The position numbers were made by a program, and so were the translations under genes. 64,000 bases of DNA from Malacoraja senta. Lineage: Eukaryota. The notes under the pieces were generated by a model, which was given only the letters and a program-made list of their open reading frames with translations, was not told the DNA's origin and searched no databases. The stretch is taken from positions 7,008,001-7,072,000 of the forward strand of contig CM075998.1 of NCBI GenBank assembly GCA_038087875.1, written 5' to 3'. Shown here piece after piece: positions 47,155-62,000 of the stretch. Numbering within the stretch: position 1 is the stretch's first letter; every line of letters starts with the position of its first letter.

Positions 47155-47319
47155 AAAATATGTACAGACACTCTCGAACTCAGATGTGACTATCGCAAGT
47201 CAGATTTTATGCAAGTCAGAATCACCTTAAAACAGAGTAGAAACAAAGAACTGTAGATGCTGGTTTGCACAAAAACATAGCGAGAGGAGTCGAGTTTAGG
47301 AGCAAGGAGGATCCTACTG

Positions 47320-47880
47320 CAAGTCAAGTCAAGTCAAGTTTATTCGTCACATACGCATACGAGATTTGCAGTGAAATGAAAAATGGCAATGCTCGCGGAT
47401 TGTGCAAAAAAACTACAAAACAGAATGGAACAGAGTCACATATTCACATATTATATATTTGTGGGAGGAAAAAACAGCAATTTAAAACAAGGCACCACAC
47501 AACAGTAAATTGGTTCAGTAAGTTAGTCCCTGGTGAGATAGCAGTTTACAGTCCGAATGGCCTCTGGGAAGAAACTCCTTCTCATCCTCTCCGTTTTCAC
47601 AGCATGGCAACGGAGGCGTTTGCCTGACCGTAGCAGCTGAAACAGTCTGTTGCTGGGGTGGAAGGGAAGCATGATCTTCTTGGCTCTGGATTTGCACCTT
47701 CTGATGTATAGTTCCTGCAGAGGGGCGAGTGTAGTTCCCATAGTGCGTTCGGCCGAACGCACTACTCTCTGCAGAGCCTTCTTGTCCTGGGCAGAACAGT
47801 TCCCAAACCAAATCGTAATATTTCCGGACAAGATGCTTTCCACAGCCGCTGAGTAGAAGCACTGGAGGATCCTCAGAGAC
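47320..47880 (-). mobile_element. Rex1/Babar 3' fragment
   Basis: [20 protein letters not shown]...LQRVVRSAER...LRSGKR; (CAAGT)n tail. Confidence 0.85.
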
Positions 47881-48463
47881 ATGTTGTACAGGGCACTGGT
47901 GAGACCACACCTGGAATATTGTGTGCAGTTTTGGTCACCTAATTTGAGGAAGGACATCCTTGCTATTGAGGGAGTACAGCGTAGGTTCACCAGGTTAATT
48001 CCCGGGATGTCGGGACTAACATATGATGAAAGAATGGATCAACTGGGCTTGTATTCACTGGAATTTAGGATGAGAGGGGATCTTATAGAAACGCATAGAA
48101 ATTCTTAAGGGATTGGACAGGCTAAATGCAGTAAAAAGGTTCCCGATGTTGGGGGAGTCCAGAACCAGGGGTCACAGTTTAAGAATAAGATGTAGTCCAT
48201 TTAGGACTGAGATGATGAAAAATGTTTTCACCCAGAGAGTTGTGACTCTGGAATTCTCTGCCACAGAAGGCAGTGAAGGCCAATTCACTGGATGTTTTCA
48301 AGAGAGAGTTAGATTTAGCTCTTAGGGCTAACGGAATCAAGAGATATGGGGGGAAAGCAGGAACGGGGAACTGATTCTGGATGATCAACCATGATCATTT
48401 TGAATGGTGGTGCTGGTTCGAAGGACTGAATGGCCTACTCCTGCACCTATTTTCTGTGTTTCT
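47881..48463 (+). mobile_element. CR1 3' fragment
   Basis: [19 protein letters not shown]...; CR1 tail. Confidence 0.9.
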
Positions 48464-48829
48464 AAAATGACAAAGTGCTGGAGTAACTCAGCGGGTCAGG
48501 CACCATCTCTGGAGAAGGAAAGCATGGATAGGTAATGTTTTGGATCGGGTAAAAACTTCAGACTGAATCACCTCAAAACTAATTAAGCCTAGGCGCCGAT
48601 GCCGCTGGTCTGCACCAGCGGGCCCTTCTTCTAAATAGAATCCTTTCTCAGCTCCATCTTTCCTGCACTCTTCATCTCCAGAGATGTTTGCAGTGACTTG
48701 TTGGAATTTGGGCTGATAAATGGAGCCATGAAAGGAACCATCAGCCTGTCTCTTTGATGAGCTCCGAGGAACAAGAATGTTAGGGAAGCAAATGGAAGAA
48801 AAATTTGATTCAGGAAAGGAATTAAAGCA

Positions 48830-51800
48830 AAACGTGTTGTTGAGCCAAAACCAAAGAGGCCGACGTTAGGCAACTCCATTGTGGTTGGAGACTCCATTGT
48901 GAGAGGTACGGACAGGGGTTTCTGCGGCAACAGACGGGATTCGAGGATGGTGACCCGGGTGCCAGGATCCAGGATGTCACGAACAGAGTGCAGAAAATCC
49001 TCAAGGGAGAAGGTGAACAGCCGGAAGTTGTGGTGTATGTTGACACAAACGATGTTGGAAAGAAGGGGATGAATATTCTGAAGCGTGACTTTAGAGAGCT
49101 TGGAAAAGTGCTGAAAAGCAGGACCTCCAGGGTGGTTATCTCCGGTTTGCTTCCAGTACCTCGTGCTGGCGTGAGCAGGAACAGGGAGATACAGGACCTG
49201 AATGTGTGGCTGGGGAACTGGTGCAGGGGGCAGGGATTTAGATTCTTAGACCACTGGGATCTGGTTTGGAGTAAGGGGGAACTGTACAAAAGGGACAGAT
49301 TGCACCTTGACAGATGGAGGACCGGCACACTGGCAGGCAGGTTTGCCACTGCTACATAGGTGGTTTTAAACTAAATAAGGAGGGGGGGTAGGAAGTCAAA
49401 TGGGATAGTCAAGGATGGAGTTAAAGGGAAAGGGAGTAAAGGGATAGTTAATGACCCCAGAATTAATGGGAAAGAAAGCTCACAAAGGGATAGGAGAGTA
49501 TGGCCAAGTGTAATAGGGATTGATGTGAAAGGTGAGATGCGTAAGGAATTAAAAGTATTGTATATGAATGCGCAAAGTATAAGAAGTAAAGTAGATGAGC
49601 TTGAGGCTCAGTTAGAGGTTGGTAGATATGACATTGTGGGGATTACTGAGACGTGGCTGCAGGAGGATCGGGCCTGGGAACTTAATATTCAGGGTTATAC
49701 ATCCTATAGAAAGGACAGGCAGGTGGGCAGAGTAGGGGTAGTAGCTCTGCTGGTGAGGGATGGAATTCAGTCCCTTGCGAGGGAAGATATAGGGACTGAC
49801 GAGGTAGAGTCACTGTGGATTGAGTTGAGGAATTGTAAAGGCAACACTAATTGGTGTTAGCTACAGACCCCCAAATAGTAGCCCGGATGTAGGGTGTAAG
49901 TTGCAGCAGGAGTTAAAACTGGCATGTAACAAAGGTAATGCCACTGTGGTGATGGGGGATTTCAATATGCAGGTAGACTGGGAAAATCAGGTTGGTTCAG
50001 GACCCCAAGAGAGTTTGTAGAGTGCCTCCGAGATGGATTCTTAGAACAGCTTGTAATGGAGCCGACCAGAGAAAAGGCAATTCTGGATTTAGTGTTGTCC
50101 AATGAACCAGATTTGATGAGAACCCGAGATAAAGGAACCTCTTGGAGGTAGTGATCATAATATGATTAGTTTTAATCTGCAATTTGAGAAGGAGAAGGTT
50201 AAATCGGAAGTGGCAGTGATGCAGTTGAACAAAGGGGACTATGAAGGCATGAGAGGGGAGCTGGCCAAGGTAGACTGGAAAGGGATCCTTGCAGGAATGA
50301 CGGTGGAACAGCAATTGCAGGAATTTCTGGGCATAATCCGGAAGACGCAGGATCATTTCATTCCAAAAAGGAAGAAAGATTCTAATGGGAGTAGGACAAT
50401 GTAGCTGACAAGAGAAGTTAGGGATAGAATAAAACTAAAAGAACAGATGTATAACACAGCAAAGAGTAGTCGGAAGCCAGAGGATTGGGAAACTTTCATA
50501 GGACAACAGAAGGAAACAAAACGGGCAATACGGGCTGAAAAGATGAAGTACGAGGGGAAGCTGGCCAGGAATATAAAGAAGGACAGTAAAAGTTTCTTTA
50601 GATATGTTGAGGGAAAAAGAATAGCAAAGTCAAATGTGGGTCCCTTGAAGGCAGACACGGGTGAAATTATTGTGGAAAACAAGGAAATGGCAGAAGAGTT
50701 GAACAGGTATTTTGGATCTGTCTTCACTAAGGAAGACACAAACAATCTCCCAGAAGTACTGGAGGACAGAGGATCTAAGGGGGTAGAGGAACTGAAAGAA
50801 ATTTTCATTAGGCGATAAATAGTATTGGGTAGGCTAATGGGACTGAAGGATGATAAATCCCCTGGACCTGATGGTCTGCATCCCAGGGTCCTCAGGGAGG
50901 TGGCTCTAGAAATAGTGGACGCATTGGTGATAATTTTCCAATGTTCAATAGATTCAGGATCAGTTCCTGTGGATTGGAGGATAGCTAATGTTATCCTACT
51001 TTTCAAGAAAGGAGCGAGAGAGAAAATGGGGAATTACAGACCAGTTGGCCTGACTTCGGTGGTGGGAAAGATGCTGGAGTCAATTATTAAAGAGGTAATA
51101 ATGGGGCATTTGGATAGCAGTAAAAGGATTAGTCCAAGTCAGCATGGATTTATGAAAGGAAAATCGTGCTTGACTAATCTTCTGGAATTTATTGAGGATG
51201 TGACAAGTAAAATGGATGAAGGGGAGCCAGTGGATGTAGTGTATCTAGACTTTCAGAAAGCCTTTGATAAGGTCCTGCACGGGAGACTGGTGACTAATAT
51301 TAGAGCACATGGTATTGGGGGTAGGGTGTTGACATGGATAGAAAATTGGTTGGCAGACAGGAAGCAAAGAGTAGGAGTGAATGGGTCCTTTTCAGAATGG
51401 CAGGCAGTGGCGAGTGGAGTGCCGCAAGGCTCAGTGTTGGGGCCGCGACTGTTTACCATATATATTAATGATTTGGAAGAGGGAATTAGCAACACTAGCA
51501 AGTTTGCGGATGACACAAAGCTGGGTGGCAGTGTGAACTGTGAAGAGGATGTTAGGAGGTTGCAGGGTGACCTGGACAGGTTGAGTGAGTGGGCAGATGC
51601 AGTATAATATAGATAAATGTGAGGTTATCCACTTTGACAGCAAAAACAAGGGGGCAGATTATTATCTTAATGGGGTTAGGTTAGGTAAGGGGGAGGTACA
51701 GAGAGACCTGGGTGTCCTTGTACACCAGTCACTGAAAGTTAGCGTGCAGGTACAGCAGGCAGTGAAGAAAGCTAATGGAATGTTGGCCTTCATAACAAGA

Positions 51801-52400
51801 GAATTTCAGTATAGGAGTAGAGAGGTTCTTCTGCAGTTGTATAGGGCTCTGGTGAGACCACATCTGGAGTATTGTGTACAGTTTTGGTCTCCTAATTTGA
51901 GGAAGGACATCCTTGTAATTGAGGCAGTGCAGCGTAGGTTCACGAGATTGATCCCTGGGATGGTGGGACTGTCCTATGAGGAAAGATTGAAAAGTCTAGA
52001 CTTGTATTCACTGGAGTTTAGAAGGATGAGGGGGGATCTTATAGAAACATATAAAATTATAAAAGGACTGGACAAGCTAGATGCAGGAAAAATGTTCCCA
52101 ATGTTGGGCGAGTCCAGAACCAGGGGCCAGTCTTAGAATAAAGGGGAGGTCATTTAAGACTGAGGTGAGAAAAAACTTTCTCACCCAGAGAGTTGTGAAT
52201 TTGTGGAATTCCCTGCCACAGAGGGCAGTGGAGGCCAAATCACTGGATGGATTTAAGAGAGAGTTGGATAGAGCTCTAGGGGCTAGTGGAGTCAAGGGAT
52301 ATTGATTGGGGACAATCAGCCATGATCACAATGAATGGTGGTGCTGGCTCGAAGGGCCGAATGGCCTCCTCCTGCACCTATTTTCCAAGTTTCTATGTTT
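48830..52400 (+). mobile_element. CR1 LINE subfamily A, near full-length (ORF1 SGNH esterase plus disrupted ORF2)
   Basis: VVGDSIVRG and GTND-like esterase motifs; ORF2 pieces at 49525-52305 with frameshifts. Confidence 0.95.
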
Positions 52401-53169
52401 ATCTGTTTCTTAAAGACAAGGAAGGAAAGGAGACAAGGACAAGAAAAAGTAAAGAAGAAGTTAGAAAAGCTTTTAAAGTTTGGCAACTTTCAGGAATTGC
52501 CCAAATGCAGAAACGAGAGTGAACAGCAAAAGCTGTTTCCTTTCTGAATCCCAGAAAATGATTGGCATTGCATAATCATAGCTTGTTAAATCACTACGAG
52601 TGCAATCTTAACTTTGTGGCGAGTGTAGTGGACAATTAAGGTGCATATTTTGCAGACTCTGTTGAATCACAGACAGCTCACGCTGTATCTCAAACCACTA
52701 AATATTGTGCCCGCAGTTTGTCATTAGCCTGCTGCTCCTTTCAGTCCAGATATTTCCCACCACAATCTCACCGATCCGTGGAGATTTAGTAACATGGTCG
52801 ATTCCATGCAAATAAAGAGCCAAATGTGCTTTATTCTCAGTGTGAGCCAGTTTCAGCACTGTACCCAATATTTCCCTATTGCACTACATCTGTATACGAC
52901 GGTTTGCTGTCTGCCAACTTGGATTCCGATTCGATGTGAGATGTGTGCTTTATCAAAGCCTCGTGCTCAGGATCCCACTGGATAGTTGGATTGGGATCAC
53001 ATGTGTCACTGGTTTTCTGCTGTGCGAGGACACAGCACATTATTATTATAGGACAAAATTACATGGAGGCTAAACGTAAGCTATCAAGGGTCTTGCCATT
53101 AATTGTATATTTTCCCCTTGCATTCAACCTCACAAAGTGCACACTTGTTCAGATTAAACTACATCTGCA

Positions 53170-54490
53170 TTTTTCCACCCATTTCTGTACCTCATTTACA
53201 GTATATCCCACTGTTAGATTTCCTCATGGTCCCCGACCCCAGCAATCTTGGTGTAATCTGCAAACGTACTAAGCAACCCATCTACATTTACGTCCATGGT
53301 GTTCAAGTCATTTATATATATTACAAATAACCGAGGTCCCAGCACAGATCCCTGCAAAACTCCAGAACTCCACTGGTCACAGACCTCCAGGCTGAATATC
53401 GTCTTATCACCACAACCCTCTATCTTCTATCAGTAAACCAGTTATGAATCCATATGACAGTCACTATTAGCCATGCATCTTAATCTTCTGGATAAGCCTA
53501 CCATGAAGGACTTCATCACATGCGTTACTAAAATCCGTGTAGACAACATCCACGATCCTGCCCTCATCGATTACCTTTGTCACCTCCTCCAAACCTCAAT
53601 CAAGTTAGTAAGACCCAACCTGCTGTGTACAAAGCCATGCTGACTGTCCCTAATTAACCTATTCTCTTCCAAATGGGAGTTAAATCCTATCCCAATAATC
53701 CTTTCACATAGCTTTTCTACCAGTGACATGAGGCTCACTGGATTCTCTCTACATTTCCCTGGATTCTTTGTAATTCCTTTCTTAAATAAAGGAACAACAT
53801 CTGCAATCCTCTGGGACCTTGCCTGTGGTTAGGGAAGATGCAAAGATCCCCATCAAGGCTCCTACAATCTCTTCTCTTGTCTCTCTCAATAACCTGGGAT
53901 AGATCCCATCAAGGCCTGGGGTTTAATCCAATTTAATGCTCTTCAAGAGTGCCAACACCTCCTCCTTCCTAATCTCAAACTGCCTTTGAATATATTATAA
54001 TTCCCCACACTGATGTCGCTATCGGTCATCTCCTTGGTGAATACAGATGCAAAGTACTAATTTAGTACCTCACCTACATCTCCTGATTCCAAACACAAAT
54101 TCCCTTCTTTATCTTTGAATGGTCCTATCTTCCCTCAGGCTACCCTTTTGTTTTTAATGTACGTAGCGATAATAAGCCTTGGGATTTTCTTTAATCCGAC
54201 TCGCTAAAGCCATTCCGTGGCACCTTTTGGCCCTTCTATTCTGCTTGAGTTCTTTCCTCCTTACTTTAATTCCTTAAAGGCTATGTCTGATTCCATCTTC
54301 TTAAACCTTGCATAGGCTTCCCTTTTCTTTTTGACAAAATTTACAACCTCTTTGGTCATCAATGTTTCCCCTACTTTGCCTCCTTAAAGGAACATGCTGG
54401 TTCTGAACCTTGAACAATTGGCTTTTAAATGCCCCCCACATGTCACATGTGGACTTAACATATAATAACTGCTTCCAGTGTCCACTCACG
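53170..54490 (-). mobile_element. Old, degenerate CR1 ORF2 remnant
   Basis: Recognisable reverse-complement RT and linker segments (cagcatggcttt, ggatgttgtctacacggatttt, gttttgcagggatctgtgctgggacc). Confidence 0.7.
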
Positions 54491-55683
54491 TGCTCCCCCC
54501 GACTCCCAGTCTGAAGAAGGATCTCGACAGAAAGGTTTTCAAGAGAGAGTTAGGGCTAAAAGAATCCAGGGATATGGGGAGAAAGCAGGAACGAGGTACT
54601 AATTCTGGATGATCAGCCATGATCATATTGCTGGCCTACTCCTGCACCTATTTTCTATGTCTATGTTTCTATGACCCCGAAACATCACCCATTCTTTTTA
54701 TCCACAGATGCTGCCTGTCCCGCTGAGTTACTCCAGCACTTTGTGTCTATCCTGTCAAAGAACGTTGAAATTTGCCTTACTCCAGTTTAGTAGCTTCTGA
54801 CAAGGACTTATTCACATACAAAACAATCTTAAAACTTATGGAGTTGCTGGGGGAAAACTCCCAAAAGGGCAGTCATTGATACATACTATAAATGTCCAAG
54901 AAGCATTTTGTCCCAAAGCATAAACGATCCTTTTTCTACAGTAGTTGTGTTTCAGCACCCTGACTTTGTATGAACATGTGCATGTATGTGATGTGTAAGC
55001 TTTTCTGTGAATACATAAACATGCAAATTAAGGGCAGAAGCAGGTTACTTAATAGACTTATCATTGAATAATATCATGATTGTTCTGGCTAACTTCACAT
55101 TCCTGACTACCCACAGGAACCTTTCACCCCCTTGCTTGTCAAGATGTTCTACAAATACAGGAAGGGAAAGGGAATTATAAAGAAAAGAGTAGATCCTTTC
55201 ATCTCTAAAGATGAAAACAACAGTCTGGGTGTCGAGGTGGAAGATGTGTAAAGTTCTGAACAAATGTTTATTTGTCTTCATGGAAAAGGAGGAAGAAAGC
55301 AAAGTACTGGAAGAAAGAGAGAGTGTTGAAAGAGAGAGTGTGTCAAAGTGAGTGGAGAGAGAAAGAGTGGTAAGAATGAGATAGGGGGAGATGGTCAAGT
55401 GGTCAAAAGGACCTTTAGTAACTGCATGGAGTACCGCAGGGCTCGGTCCCTAGCTTTTTGTGGTAAACATCAGTGACTTGAACTTAAACCATGGGCCATG
55501 ATTGAAAGTTTACTGGTGATACCAAAATTGGCAGCGTGGTTGATGGTGAGAAAGAAACCTGTCGTTTGCAGAAAGAATCAGAAAACTGGTTAGAGGAGTA
55601 TTAAAGTAACAAATGAAATTCCAGGGAAGAGTGATGTAGGGAGAGCAAATGGGTGGGCGGGGGGGATGAGGTGGGGTGGGGGA

Positions 55684-56395
55684 AACTTTTAAAATCTTTT
55701 CCCTGCATGGGAGACCAGACCTTTCTCTGTCGGGTCTCCGTTGTCGTTGGGGCCTAGCACCGTGGAGCGGCCTCCAACGGAACGACCTGGGGCTCCAGTC
55801 GCGGAGCCGGCGGACTTACTCACCATCGTGGGGCTGGCCGAGTTCGGAACGGGAGGAGCTGTGGTGGCGCGCTGCTGCGGCCCGACCCCGGAGATTCGGA
55901 GGCTCCAGTCGCTGGCCCGGTGGACGGTGACATCGGGAGCTCGCGGGTCCCTGGTGGGAGACCGCTTTTCGGGGCTCCCGCAACGGCAACGTCTCCTGCC
56001 CGAGTTGCGGGGTTGAAGATGACCTGGAGAGGGGCCTTGCATCGCCCGGCGCGGCTTTACATGGCCGCGGGACTTGCTAGCGCTACCGGGGGCTCCAACA
56101 TCAAGACCCGGAGCGTGTCCTTGCATCGCCCGGCGCGTCTTTAATGGCCGCGGGACATATTTACCATCGCCCGCCGCGGGCTTTGACTTTGATATCGGGA
56201 GGAGAATGGGGAGTGCAGGGGAGAGACAAGACTTTGCCTTCCATCACAGTGAGGAGGAAATTCACTGTGATGGATGTTTGTGTAAATTGTGTTGTGTCTT
56301 GGTTCTTTTTACTTGTTTGTATGACTGCAGAAACCAAATTTTGTTTGAACTTAGGTTCAAATGACAACAAATAAATTGTATCATTGTATTGTATC
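55684..56395 (+). mobile_element. GC-rich non-autonomous retroposon with a Rex1-type tail, inserted in an old CR1 (about 55390-56960)
   Basis: Abrupt GC/CpG-rich block with an internal duplication (CCTTGCATCGCCCGGCGCG twice), ending TGACAACAAATAAA-(TTGTA)n. Confidence 0.5.
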
Positions 56396-57002
56396 AAATG
56401 GAGTTAGGGAATGCATGTTACACAGGGGGAGACCAAGGAGCATAGAGGAGCAGAGAGGTCTTTAGTTCACATCAACCGAGTTCAGAATATAACAGAATAG
56501 GTAGAGAAAAGGCAGAAGGCCTGTGGAATATCAGGCATGGTATAGGATACAAAGCAGGGAGGTGAACTACAAAATGTGAGTTAGACCACAACTAGAGTAT
56601 GGTATAGTTCAGGTCAAGAGCATGATAGGTTGAGCGAGGGTGCAGAGGATGTGACCAAAGCTGTAGAATTGTCATATGGGGAAAGTCTCTCTAGGTTGGA
56701 ACAAAGGATTCTGAGCAAGATTCAATGAAAGCGTGTAAAAAAACGACAAGGCAGACAAGGTTATCTCTCTTAGAAGAAAGGCCACTAATGAAGGGACATG
56801 GATTTAAAATAATGTTTTTTTTTAACTGATGACAATGAGTAGTGAGGGTCTGGAGCTCACTGCCTGGGAGAGTGGTGGGGGCAGAAACCCTCATTGTATT
56901 TTAGAAATACTTGGCTGTGGCCACAACCTGTAGGGTAAGGGGACAAGAGCTGGGAATTGAATTAAAGTCCACTTTTTGCTTGTGTCACTATTCTCTATGA
57001 TT

Positions 57003-57670
57003 CGGCACGGTGGAGCAGCGGTAGAGTTGCTGCCTCACAGAGCTAGAGTCCCAGGTTCGATCCTGACTACGGGTGCTGTCTGAACGGAGTTTGTACATTC
57101 TCCCTGTGACCTGCGTGGGTTTTCTCCGGCTTCCATCGAGGGGATCTATCGCAGTCGCTGCCTCAAAAAGGCTGGCAGTATCATCAAGGACCCACACCAT
57201 CCTGGCCACACACTCATCTCCCTACTACCTTCAGGTAGAAGGTACAGGAGCCTGAAGACTGCAACGACCAGGTTCAGGAATAGCTACTTCCCCACAGCCA
57301 TCAGGCTATTAAACCTGGCTCGGACATTACACTGAACTTTATTAGCCAATACTGTTATTTGCACTTTATCAGTATATTGATTCATGTGTGTATATATTTA
57401 TAGAATGCCTTGTAGTCAATGCCTACTATGTTCTGTTGCGCTGAAGCAAAGCAAGAATTTCATTGTCCTATCAGGGACACATGACAATAAACTCACTTGA
57501 CTCACTTGACTTGACTTGACTTGCTCCGGCTTCCCCACACTCCAAAGCCGTGCAGGATGTAGGTATATTGGCTTCAGTAAAATTGTCCCTAGTGCGTAGG
57601 ATAGTGTCAGGGTAAGGGGTAATTGCTGATCAGCGCGAGCTTGGTGGGCCGAAGGGATGATTCCACACTG
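57003..57670 (+). mobile_element. HE1-like tRNA-derived SINE interrupted by a Rex1 3' fragment (57135-57523)
   Basis: A/B-box-like head GGCACGGTGGAGCAGCGGTAGAG...GGTTCGATCC. The insert is flanked by CTCCGGCTTCC at 57124-57134 and 57524-57534. Confidence 0.8.
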
Positions 57671-57889
57671 TACCCATAATGTCTGTCAAAAATTCAATTT
57701 ATCGGAGGCTGTGATCATTCCATGTGACCATTGGGTGGCAGTATGGCATTAAACTCCTCTCCGTCACAGCATAATGTGGTCGAATTTATATCAGGTGGCA
57801 AAAAGTAATATAACGCCCCCTTTTGCCTGACATGTTGTATTGCAGTCTGAAATAAGGAAATGGAAGGTTTGCTCAAAAATGACTTTGCA

Positions 57890-58605
57890 TTGACCTTCAC
57901 ATTAAAAGGTAGGGGCATGGGGAGTGTTGGAGAACAGAGATATCTGGGGTACAGGTACATAGTTCCATGAAAGTGCCAACACAGGTATATTGGGTGGTGA
58001 AGACGACTTTTGGCACATTGGCCTTCATCAGTCAGAGTACTCTGTACAGGAGTTGAGATGTCATGTTACAACTGTACAAGATGTAGGCAAGGCCACATTT
58101 GGAGTTCTGTGTACTGTTCTGGTCACCCTGCTCTAGGAAGGATGCCATTAAACTGGAAAGGATGCTGAAAAAGAGTTACAAGGATGTTACCAGGCCTGGA
58201 ATGTCTGAGTTAGAAAGAGAGGTGGGATAAGCTGGGTCTTTTTTCCAATAAGTGTTGGAGGTTGAGTGGTGACCATGAAGAGGTTTATAAAATCATGAGG
58301 GGCATAAATAAGGTGAATGGTCACAGTTTTCTTCCCAGGCTAGTGGAGTCCAGAACTAGAGGGCATACGGTAGGTTTAAGGTGAGTGGGGATAGATTTAA
58401 TCAGAACCTTAAGGTATTGTGTATATGGAACAAGCTGCCGGAGGAAGTGATAGAGGCAGGCACAATTATAACATTGAAAAGGCACTTGGACAGATATATT
58501 GATGAGAACGGTTTGGGGGAAAATGGGCCAGGCCATGCAAGTGGGATTAGAGTTTGGTAACTTTGTCGGCATGGAGGAGTTGGGCCCAAAGGCCTGTTTC
58601 CATGA
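57890..58605 (+). mobile_element. Degenerate CR1 3' fragment
   Basis: gaacagagatatctggggtacagg...ggccttcatcagtcagagt...tggaacaagctgccggagg. Confidence 0.8.
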
Positions 58606-59027
58606 CTCCAGTAGAGGAAAATAATAACAGGAGGAGGCCTTTTGGTCCTTCAAGCTCTACTGTTGGTCCCTGGTCCAAGATGGATGAGAGCACCGATCTC
58701 ATTACTCAAACAATTTATCTCTCAGCCCCTCTTCCCTCCCACAGTTGTGATCTCATCCACCCTCATCATTGGTCTTTCTCCAGCAGCCAGTAGAAGGGCA
58801 GCATCACCTGCCATTCGTCCTATTAAGGTTCACTCCCCAACTGGCAAACACTCTTCTCTCTCTACTTCGTCCACACCTTGAATCCAATTGCCTATGTCCC
58901 GGCCCCACATGCTATCCCTTCTCCATGATCATCTCCCAGCACGGTGGCGCAGCTGCTGCCTCACAGCGCCAGAGACCCGGGTTCGATCCTGACTACGGGT
59001 GCAGTCTGTATGGAGTTTGTATGTTCT

Positions 59028-62000
59028 GTGGACGCAGTCGGGAGACCCGGATGGTAGTTTGCCTCCCTGGTGCCAGGGTCTGTGATGTGTCTCAACGTGT
59101 CCAAGATATCCTGAATGGGCAGGGAGAGGAGCTCGAGGTCGTGGTACATATAGGTACCAATGACATAGGTAAAAAAAGAGAAGAGGTCCTGAAAGGAGAA
59201 TTTAGGGAGTTAGGAGGGGAGTTAAAGAGAAGGACAGCAAAGGTAACAATCTCGGGATTACTGCCTGTGCCACGCGACAGTGAGAGTAGGAATGGAGCGA
59301 GGTGGAGGATAAATGCGTGGCTGAAGGACTGGTGCAGAAGGCAGGGATTCAAATTTCTGGATCATTGGGACCTCTTTTGTGGAAGGTTCGACCTGTACAA
59401 AAAGGATGGGTTGCACTTGAACCTGAGGGGGACCGATATCCTGGCAGGGAGATCTGCGAAGGCCACTGGGGAGACTTTAAACTAGAATGGTTGGGGGGAG
59501 GGACTCAAATAGAGAAAGCTATTAGACAGTGTGTGAGGCAGGAGGCAGAGAAGGAAAGCACTCAGACCCAACATGTAGGGGGGAAAGAAGAAAACAACAA
59601 TAAACAGAGAATAAGAGGTGGTGGGGTTCTTAAATGGGTGAGCAGAGAAACAGAGGGGTGTAAAATGCGGGCGGAAGCAATAGGTAGCAAGGTGAAAAGT
59701 AAAAGTGGCAGGCAGACAAATCCAGGGCAAAAATCAAAAAGGGCCACTTTTCAACATAATTGTATAAGGGGTAAGAGCGTTGTAAAAACAAGCCTGAAGG
59801 CTTTGTGTCTCAATGCAAGGAGCATTCGTAATAAGGTGGATGAGTTGAACATGCAGATAGCAATTAATGATTATGATATAGTTGGGATCACGGAGACATG
59901 GCTCCAGGGTGACCAAGGCTGGGAGCTGAACATCCAGGGATATTCAATATTCAGGAGGGATAGAGAGAAAGGAAAAGGACATGGGTTTTCTCCGAGAGCT
60001 TCAGTTTCCCCCCACACTCCAAAGACGTACAGGTTTGCAGGTTAATTAGCTAAAATCAAAATCACTGGGTGCAAAATCAAAAATATATTCCTCAAGTCTA
60101 TGTAGTTCAAAGCCTATTTGTATTGTTTAATAGCTTGATGAGGATGGCGTCAAACAGGAAATTAGAAATGCGTGCAACAAAGGCAAAACAGTTATAATGG
60201 GTGACTTCAATCTACATATAGATTGGGTGAATCAAATTGGCAGGGGTGCTGAGGAAGAGGATTTCTTGGAATGTATGCGGGATAGTTATCTAAACCAACA
60301 TGTAGAGGAACCAACGAGAGAGCAGGCTATTCTAGACTGGGTATTGAGTAATGAGGAAGGGTTAGTTAGCAGTCTTGTTGTGCGTGCCCCCTTGGGCAAG
60401 AGTGACCATAATATGGTTGAGTTCTTCATTAGGATGGAGAGTGACATTGTTAATTCAGAAACAACGGTTCTGAACTTAAAGAAAGGTAACTTTGAGGGTA
60501 TGAGACGTGAATTGGCCAAGATTGACTGGCAATTAGTTCTAAAAGGGTTGACGGTGGATATGCAATGGAAGGCATTTAAAGACTGCATGGATGAACTACA
60601 AAAATTGTTCATCCCAGTTTGGCAAAAGAATAAATCAGGGAAGGTAGTGCATCCGTGGATAACAAGGGAAATCAGGGATAGTATCAAAGCAAAAGATGAT
60701 GCGTACAAATTAGCCAGAAAACGCAGCATACCAGAGGACTGGGAGAAATTCAGAGACCAGCAGAGGAGGACAAAGGACATGGGGAACAAGGATATGGCAG
60801 ACCAATTGAATAACTACTTTGGTTCTGTCTTCACTAAGGAAGACATAAATAATCTGCCGGAAATAGCAGGGGGCCGCGGGTCAAAGGAGATGGAGGAACT
60901 GAGTGAAATCCAGGTTAGTCGGGAAGTGGTGTTGGGTAAATTGAATGGATTAAAGGCCGATAAAGCACCAGGGCCAGATAGGCTGCATCCCAGAGTACTT
61001 AAGGAAGTAGCTCCAGAAATAGTGGATGCATTAGTGATAATTTTTCAAAACTCTTTAGATTCTGGAGTAGTTCCTGAGGATTGGAGGGTAGCAAACGTAA
61101 CCCCACTTTTTAAGAAGGGAGGGAGAGAGAAAACGGGGAATTACAGACCAGTTAGTCTAACATCGGTAGTGGGGAAACTGCTAGAGTCAGTTATTAAAGA
61201 TGGGATAGCAGCACATTTGGAAAGTGGTGAAATCATTGGACAAAGTCAGCATGGATTTACGAAAGGTAAATCGTGTCTGACGAATCTTATAGAATTTTTC
61301 GAGGATGTAACTAGTAGAGTGGATAGGGGAGAACCAGTGGATGTGTTGTATCTGGACTTTCAGAAGGCTTTCGACAAGGTACCACATAAGAGATTAGGAT
61401 ACAAACTTAAATCACACGGTATTGGGGGTTCAGTATTGATGTGGATAGAGAACTGGCTGGCAAACAGGAAGCAAAGAGTAGGAGTAAACGGGTCCTTTTC
61501 ACAATGGCAGGCAGTGACTAGTGGGGTACCGCAAGGCTCAGTGCTGGGACCCCAGCTATTTACAAGTTATATTAATGAGCTGGATGAGGGAATTGAAAGC
61601 AACATCTCCAAGTTTGCGGATGACACTAAGCTGGGGGGCAGTGTTAGCTGTGAGGAGGATGCTAGGAGACTGCAAGGTGACTTGGATAGGCTGGGTGAGT
61701 GGGCAAATGTTTGGCAGATGCAGTATAATGTGGATAAATGTGAGGTTATCCACTTTGGTGGCAAAAACGGGAAGGCAGACTATTATCTAAATGGTGGCCG
61801 ATTAGGAAATGGGGAGATGCAGCGAGACCTGGGTGTCATGGTACACCAGTCATTGAAAGTAGGCATGCAGGTGCAGCAGGCAGTGAAGAAAGCAAATGGT
61901 ATGTTGGCCTTCATAGCAAGAGGATTTGAGTATAGGAGCAGGGAGGTTCTACTGCAGTTGTACAGGGCCTTGGTGAGACCACACCTGGAGTATTGCATAC

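Noticed and set aside
55676..56374. Cluster of overlapping GC-rich ORFs as a host gene
   Set aside because: No recognisable domain or splice structure; the block ends in a retroposon-type tail and interrupts an old CR1.
57003..57075. tRNA gene
   Set aside because: tRNA-derived SINE head that continues into the SINE body; further copies at 58938 and near 63300.
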